Source: Acidobacteriota bacterium
GTDB lineage: Bacteria > Acidobacteriota > UBA890
Assembly (NCBI GenBank): GCA_002731215.1
Contig: PCAP01000060.1
Location: forward strand, 97-64,096
DNA length: 64,000 bases
Direction of reading: 5' to 3'
This document shows, piece by piece, positions 59,682 to 64,000 of the stretch. The position numbers and the translations under genes were made by a program. The notes below the pieces were generated by a model. The model saw only the letters and a list, made by a program, of their open reading frames with translations, did not search any database and was not told where the DNA came from. Every line of letters begins with the position of its first letter. The first letter of the stretch is position 1.

Positions 59682-59900
59682 CTCGAGACTCCAAACACTT
59701 GAATTTGGTAGCCGGCTCAGCGCTACACTACCGCTTCCTTTTTGCTGCAGCCACGTGCCGTTTGCGTCTGAAGGGCGTCTTGGATATTTCAAATAGTGCT
59801 GGGTGAATCCACGAGCCCTGCCGAAATACGTACAAGCCATCACTGATTCCTGTCCGTTTTCTGCGTTGCGACTGGATCAGACATTGGTCAGACTGTTCAA

Positions 59901-60815
59901 ATGCGTATCGCAGCTGTCCAGGCAACTCCAACCTTTCTCAACCGCGAAGGCAGCATTGAAATTGTCCTTAATCGGATCTCCGAGGCAGCAGCTGGCGGTG
60001 CTGACTTGGTGGCCTTTCCTGAAGTATTTGTACCCGGGTATCCAATCTGGCTAGACCGCACCAACGCTGCCGCTTGGGAGGATGCGAACCAGCAGGCTGC
60101 ATATTCTTTGTACCTGGAGCAATCCGTTGAGGTGTACGGACCCGAATTCGCCACAGTTGTCGAGGCTGTAAGGCAAGCTGGGTTATTCGCCTATGTGGGC
60201 GTGGTTGAGCGTGCTGCCTCTATCGGCTCTGCCTACTGCTCGCTGGTTGCAATCGACCCCAGTGAGGGGATAGTTGGAATCCACCGAAAGTTGAAGCCGA
60301 CCTTTGCTGAGCGGCTCGTATGGGCTGACGGCGATGGTGCTGGTCTGGTAGCCCACGAGCACTGTGGGGTTCGCCTCACTGGTCTCAACTGCTGGGAGAA
60401 CTGGATGCCGTTGGCGAGAGCCGCCATGTACGAATCAGGCTCGCAAGTGCATGTAGCTGCATGGCCTGGTTCTGTGGGCCTAACCGAAGACATAACGCGT
60501 TTCGTCGCTCGTGAAGGGCGGCTGTTCGTGGTCAGCGTGGGGGCTATCTACCGATCCGAACACGTACCCGATGACTTTCCTCTGCGTAACGCTCTCCCTG
60601 AAGGAGAGCGTTACCACAATGGAGGTACCTGTGTCGCAGGACCAGATGGTGAGTGGGTTATCGAACCAGTTCGAAACGAAGAAGGCATCGTATGGGCTGA
60701 TCTAGATATCGGCGAGGTTGCTAAACAGCGTCAAAACTTCGACCCTGCTGGCCATTACTCTCGCCCCGATGTGCTCCACTTAGAGGTGAACCGTTCCCGT
60801 CTGACATCTCCTTAA
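59901..60815 (+). CDS. nitrilase / C-N hydrolase family protein
   Basis: E-K-C triad with the nitrilase signature LNCWENWMP (catalytic Cys). Confidence 0.85.
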   Translation: MRIAAVQATPTFLNREGSIEIVLNRISEAAAGGADLVAFPEVFVPGYPIWLDRTNAAAWEDANQQAAYSLYLEQSVEVYGPEFATVVEAVRQAGLFAYVGVVERAASIGSAYCSLVAIDPSEGIVGIHRKLKPTFAERLVWADGDGAGLVAHEHCGVRLTGLNCWENWMPLARAAMYESGSQVHVAAWPGSVGLTEDITRFVAREGRLFVVSVGAIYRSEHVPDDFPLRNALPEGERYHNGGTCVAGPDGEWVIEPVRNEEGIVWADLDIGEVAKQRQNFDPAGHYSRPDVLHLEVNRSRLTSP

Positions 60816-60824
60816 CGCCCTGAA

Positions 60825-61547
60825 ATGCTTCATCGGATCACAGATCACCCGGTTTTAACATTCGACTGCTACGGAACCCTCATCGACTGGGAAGGGGGTA
60901 TTTGGGAGGCCCTTCAACCTCTTCTACGTACCAGACCTGATCAAGTCTTCGACCGTGCTCATGTGATCGCCACCTTCAACCACTTCGAAGGACTTCAACA
61001 GGCTGCTACGCCGACACTTGTTTACCCCAAGGTCCTTGAACAGGTTCACCATTCACTTGCAGCCCATCTTGGTTTAGAGTCTTCTGATCCGCTTGACCAG
61101 GCGTTCGGCGCCTCGGTACCGCAGTGGCCTGCGTTTTCGGATTCAAGCGCCGCTCTTCTGTTTCTGTCGGACCACTTTGATCTTGTAATCCTGTCAAATG
61201 TGGACCGCGCTGGATTCGCTGCATCTAACGAACTGTTGGGAGTCGAGTTTGACGCCATCTATACGGCAGAGGAAATCGGCTCCTACAAACCCGAACAAGC
61301 CAACTTCAGGTATCTGATTGAACACTTAGCTTGCGATCTCGGCCACGAAAAGAAAGAGATCCTCCACATAGCTGAGAGCATTCGACACGACCATGTGCCG
61401 GCGCGACAGATTGGCCTTCACAACGTCTGGATAGATCGCAACCGACTCTCAGATACTTTGAAATCCGGTCTGCCAGCCTATGAGAACCTCTTCTTTTCTA
61501 TGGCCGAGTTGGTCACTGCAGTCACAAGAGAACTGGTCGGTGCCTAG
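60825..61547 (+). CDS. HAD-superfamily hydrolase, haloacid dehalogenase type II-like
   Basis: N-terminal FDCYGTLID (D-x-Y-G-T nucleophile motif), SN motif (ILSNVD), and C-terminal K...D motifs. Confidence 0.75.
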   Translation: MLHRITDHPVLTFDCYGTLIDWEGGIWEALQPLLRTRPDQVFDRAHVIATFNHFEGLQQAATPTLVYPKVLEQVHHSLAAHLGLESSDPLDQAFGASVPQWPAFSDSSAALLFLSDHFDLVILSNVDRAGFAASNELLGVEFDAIYTAEEIGSYKPEQANFRYLIEHLACDLGHEKKEILHIAESIRHDHVPARQIGLHNVWIDRNRLSDTLKSGLPAYENLFFSMAELVTAVTRELVGA

Positions 61548-62077
61548 TAGAGGGCCATGAGTTCGGCTACGACAATCAGAACCACGACGGTCAGGTTTAT
61601 CAGGCGGAATAGGCCGAACGGAGATTTGGCGAAGTTGCGACCAATTTGGCTATTGGCCATCTCATCGTCCATGTCTTTGGCGCACGCTCCGATGTCTTGG
61701 ATGCACCCGTCGGTCCAGATCGCCGCCCAGAGTGACCCCAGAACCGCCCAAGCCGCTAAAGCAAGAGTGGCCCCATCTGCCTTAAGGCCATCTGCACCGA
61801 ACACGATCACCGCGACAATTCCAGAATGGGCGATGACAAACGGGAGGATTATTGCCCTCAGGTCAGCGGCCCGATTGGCAATTTGATTTGTCAATAGATC
61901 AGCGCGCATTAGTTCAGTCTCCAATTTCTGATACCAACCGGTCCCTCCGGCTCCTGTGAAGACTAGTGCTACAACCAATACTCTCGGTAGCCCAAATAGA
62001 ACTTGGTGATACTCAGATTTCCAACCCGTACCACCGTTCTCCGAACTGACACGCGAGCGTGTTTGATCTAAAGTCAC
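61544..62077 (-). CDS. hypothetical membrane protein (3-4 TM)
   Basis: 177-aa ORF with hydrophobic segments. 4-nt overlap with the convergent HAD gene end. No family recognised. Confidence 0.45.
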   Translation of the reverse strand: MTLDQTRSRVSSENGGTGWKSEYHQVLFGLPRVLVVALVFTGAGGTGWYQKLETELMRADLLTNQIANRAADLRAIILPFVIAHSGIVAVIVFGADGLKADGATLALAAWAVLGSLWAAIWTDGCIQDIGACAKDMDDEMANSQIGRNFAKSPFGLFRLINLTVVVLIVVAELMALY

Positions 62078-62111
62078 TGCCTTCCAGCAAACGTGAAAAT
62101 GGGGGACGTGC

Positions 62112-62750
62112 GTGATGAAGCTATGGAATCGGATTTTTCAGATGCAGGCAGGCCGGACGGCCGAAGCGTCGGCGGCGCTGGTCGATGTCCACCAGGCCAT
62201 CAACTCAATGTCGGACTATGGGTACTCATTGTGGGAGACAATCGTGGGACCGACTAACCAGTTCGCGGCCTCCGCTCTCTGCTCTAATGTCGAAGAATTC
62301 TTTTCTGGAGCACCCATGCATGACAACGTTGACGGTGCTGCCTTGGGATCCAAGGCAGCAGATGTGAACACTCTGGTGGACGGCCCCGCTGATGACTCGC
62401 TATGGAACATCGTGCACGTGCTCGGCGACTGGTCGTCGGTACCGAATATCCTTTCCGACGTCGTCAGCAAGGTTCCAATGGACCAAATGGCTCCGACCGT
62501 GGAGGCCACGGTGGAGTTCGCTGAGTACATGCACGGGCTTGCTGGCACGCCGGTTACTGTCTGCACGAGCTTCTGGGGAACCGGCCCGTCTGTTCGCATG
62601 TACTGGGGATACGAGTCCATGGGCGACTGGGATGAGCGGTCCACCCGTGGAATGGGCGACCCGGGATTCCACCAGCGCAACGCGGCACTAGCCGCCCTGC
62701 CGGGCGTGGAGATGGCAGCCAGGAGTGGAGTTTTCCGTCGCCTAGTCTGA
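62112..62750 (+). CDS. hypothetical protein
   Basis: 212-aa ORF with coding-like composition. No family recognised by eye. Confidence 0.45.
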   Translation: MMKLWNRIFQMQAGRTAEASAALVDVHQAINSMSDYGYSLWETIVGPTNQFAASALCSNVEEFFSGAPMHDNVDGAALGSKAADVNTLVDGPADDSLWNIVHVLGDWSSVPNILSDVVSKVPMDQMAPTVEATVEFAEYMHGLAGTPVTVCTSFWGTGPSVRMYWGYESMGDWDERSTRGMGDPGFHQRNAALAALPGVEMAARSGVFRRLV

Positions 62751-62780
62751 GGCCTGATTCATCAACGCCGTTCAGAAATC

Positions 62781-63380
62781 CTAACTGACGGCTTCAGTTG
62801 AGCCGAAATCCACTGGCCATTCTGTCTTCTTATCAACTTTTACCTTGCTGAGGTTTGCTCCGGCAAGGTCCGCTCCAGCAAGGTTCGCTCCGGCAAGGTC
62901 CGCTCCGAAGAGGTCTGCTCCTTTGAGGTTCGCCCCTTCGAGGTCCGCGTAAAAGAACTTCGTTCCTCTGAGTTGCGCTCTCTCGAACTGTGCCCATTTG
63001 AGGAGCCCATAGCCAAACACCGCCAAGCAAAGATTTGCTTCGTTTAGGTTCGCCGAAACAGACTCTGCCAAGAATAGGTTTGCACCGTTGAGGTTCGCTC
63101 CTGCAAGGTTCGCTCCTGCAAGGTTCACACCTTCAAGATTTGCCGCTCTGAGATTCGCACCCTTGAGGATCGCCCCTTGAAGGGTTGCACCTTTGAGATT
63201 CGCGTCTTTAAGGTTGGCCCCTTCGAGTATCAGGCCTTCAAGAAGTGCCCTGTGGAGGTTTGCACCGTTGAGGTTCGCTCCTGCAAGGTTCGCTCCTGCA
63301 AGGTTCACACCTTCAAGATTTGCCGCTCTGAGATTCGCTCCCGGCCTGATCTTGTAGCCGTTGACTTCCACGGCCTCCAC
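62781..63380 (-). CDS. pentapeptide repeat protein (Qnr/MfpA-like size)
   Basis: 199 aa, almost entirely A(N/D)LxG/ANLxx pentapeptide repeats. It contains an internal 28-aa duplicated block. Confidence 0.85.
   Translation of the reverse strand: MEAVEVNGYKIRPGANLRAANLEGVNLAGANLAGANLNGANLHRALLEGLILEGANLKDANLKGATLQGAILKGANLRAANLEGVNLAGANLAGANLNGANLFLAESVSANLNEANLCLAVFGYGLLKWAQFERAQLRGTKFFYADLEGANLKGADLFGADLAGANLAGADLAGANLSKVKVDKKTEWPVDFGSTEAVS
63076..63338. repeat. exact 83-bp direct repeat (copies 63076-63158 and 63256-63338) inside the first pentapeptide-repeat gene
   Basis: Both copies read identically: aggtttgcaccgttgaggttcgctcctgcaaggttcgctcctgcaaggttcacaccttcaagatttgccgctctgagattcgc. Shorter ~24-bp blocks (ccctagtcaggttcgccc type) also recur at 63536-63640 in the second gene. 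Confidence 0.8.
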
Positions 63381-63414
63381 AGTACGGGCCGACCAGCAGC
63401 CCTGCCAGAACGGC

Positions 63415-63903
63415 CTAGTCGAAGGTCACTCCGGCGGCTTCCAAGTCAAGCCCCTCAGGCCAGATCGTACCCTCGTCAGCTCCCATCCCTTTAAGGTTCG
63501 CCCCGGTGAGGTTCGCCCCAGTGAGGTACGTCCCTTCGAGGTTCGCCCTAGTCAGGTTCGCCCTAGTCAGGTTCGCCCAGGTGAGGTTCGCCCCTTCGAG
63601 GTTCGCCCTAGTCAGGTTCGCCCTAGTCAGGTTCGCCCTAGTCAGACTCATAAATGTGAGGTCGGCACCGGTAAGATTCGCCCTGAAGAGGTGAGCCCCT
63701 TCGAGGTTCGCCCTAGTCAGGTTCGCCCCGGTGAGGTATGCCCCGGTGAGGTATGCCCCGGTGAGGTTTGCCCCTTGGAGGTTCGCCCCTTCGAGATTCA
63801 CCCTGGTGAGGTTCACCCTGAATAGGTACGCCCCTTTAAGGTTTGCCCCTTTAAGGTATGCCCCTGGTTCGATCTCGTAGCTGTTGATCTCCACAACAAG
63901 CAC
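63415..63903 (-). CDS. pentapeptide repeat protein, tandem paralogue
   Basis: 162 aa of ANLT(R/G)ANL pentapeptide repeats. The N-terminus (VVEINSYEIEPGAYLKGANL) parallels the downstream paralogue (VEVNGYKIRPGANLRAANL). Confidence 0.85.
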   Translation of the reverse strand: MLVVEINSYEIEPGAYLKGANLKGAYLFRVNLTRVNLEGANLQGANLTGAYLTGAYLTGANLTRANLEGAHLFRANLTGADLTFMSLTRANLTRANLTRANLEGANLTWANLTRANLTRANLEGTYLTGANLTGANLKGMGADEGTIWPEGLDLEAAGVTFD

Positions 63904-64000
63904 TGTATGGGTCGATCAGCGGAACTGCCAGACGTGGGGGCCCAAACTCACGAGCAAGCACAACCTTCGATGCCGGTCTCGGTGCATTCGTCAAGCTCGA

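Noticed and set aside
62833-63345. Possible CRISPR-like array suggested by short regularly spaced repeats
   Set aside because: The repeats are 15-nt pentapeptide codon units inside intact ORFs, with no unique spacers and no cas genes. They are not CRISPR.
63361-63825. 154-aa + strand ORF with PSQVRPSEVRP repeats, and 63506-63694
   Set aside because: It is antisense to the second pentapeptide-repeat gene. Its periodicity is a mirror of the 15-nt coding repeats.
1-64000. tRNA, rRNA, transposase or IS elements, or prophage genes
   Set aside because: I scanned the intergenic regions (all under 360 bp) and found none. The only recombinase is the Xer-like gene, which lacks flanking inverted repeats or phage genes.

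Overview
This 64-kb window is high-GC (roughly 58-60%) actinobacterial chromosome with almost no non-coding space. I called about 60 protein genes and found no rRNA, tRNA, CRISPR arrays or transposases.

The first 8.4 kb is the conserved Pup-proteasome/Tat neighbourhood on the + strand. It runs prcB' (partial)-prcA-pafA-pafB-pafC-lepB-tatA-tatC-helY, with a signal peptidase I gene embedded between pafC and tatA and a TatB-like tatA.

Genes after helY:
- A DAGK-like C-terminal-only protein, an M20 amidohydrolase and a duplicated ThyX-like protein.
- An acidic DUF4193 zinc-ribbon protein carrying a perfect 3 x 27-bp tandem repeat.
- GNAT and NUDIX genes, a crotonase, and a protein with a long Arg/Lys/Ser-rich linker.

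A 117-bp AT-rich island at 15539-15655 is the only strongly low-GC spot in the window. It carries a 28-bp dif-like site (GATAA-TGTATA-TTATC) directly upstream of a XerC/D-type tyrosine recombinase. That recombinase is translationally coupled to a YqgE/AlgH gene and convergent with a DnaQ-like exonuclease.

Housekeeping blocks:
- Glutamate synthase gltBD.
- A trkH-trkH-trkA potassium uptake operon and a 5-formyl-THF cyclo-ligase.
- A membrane H+-pyrophosphatase overlapping an orphan phosphonoacetaldehyde hydrolase (phnX).
- SDR, M23 peptidase, arylsulfatase, menB, acyltransferase, CE4 deacetylase and upp genes.
- A soxBDAG sarcosine oxidase operon.
- A hotdog thioesterase, an MFS transporter and glpD.

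The most accessory-looking region is a tightly coupled nine-gene minus-strand operon at 51.6-59.7 kb. It encodes DUF167, a TesB-like thioesterase, an ALDH, an alpha/beta hydrolase, a PF06684 protein, an LLM oxidoreductase, an M24 creatinase/ectoine-hydrolase-like enzyme, a maleate-isomerase/EutA-like enzyme and a PhyH dioxygenase.

That operon is followed by a nitrilase, a HAD dehalogenase, two unknown proteins and two tandem paralogous pentapeptide-repeat proteins that contain an exact 83-bp internal direct repeat.

All functional calls come from motif and family recognition by eye. I ran no database searches.
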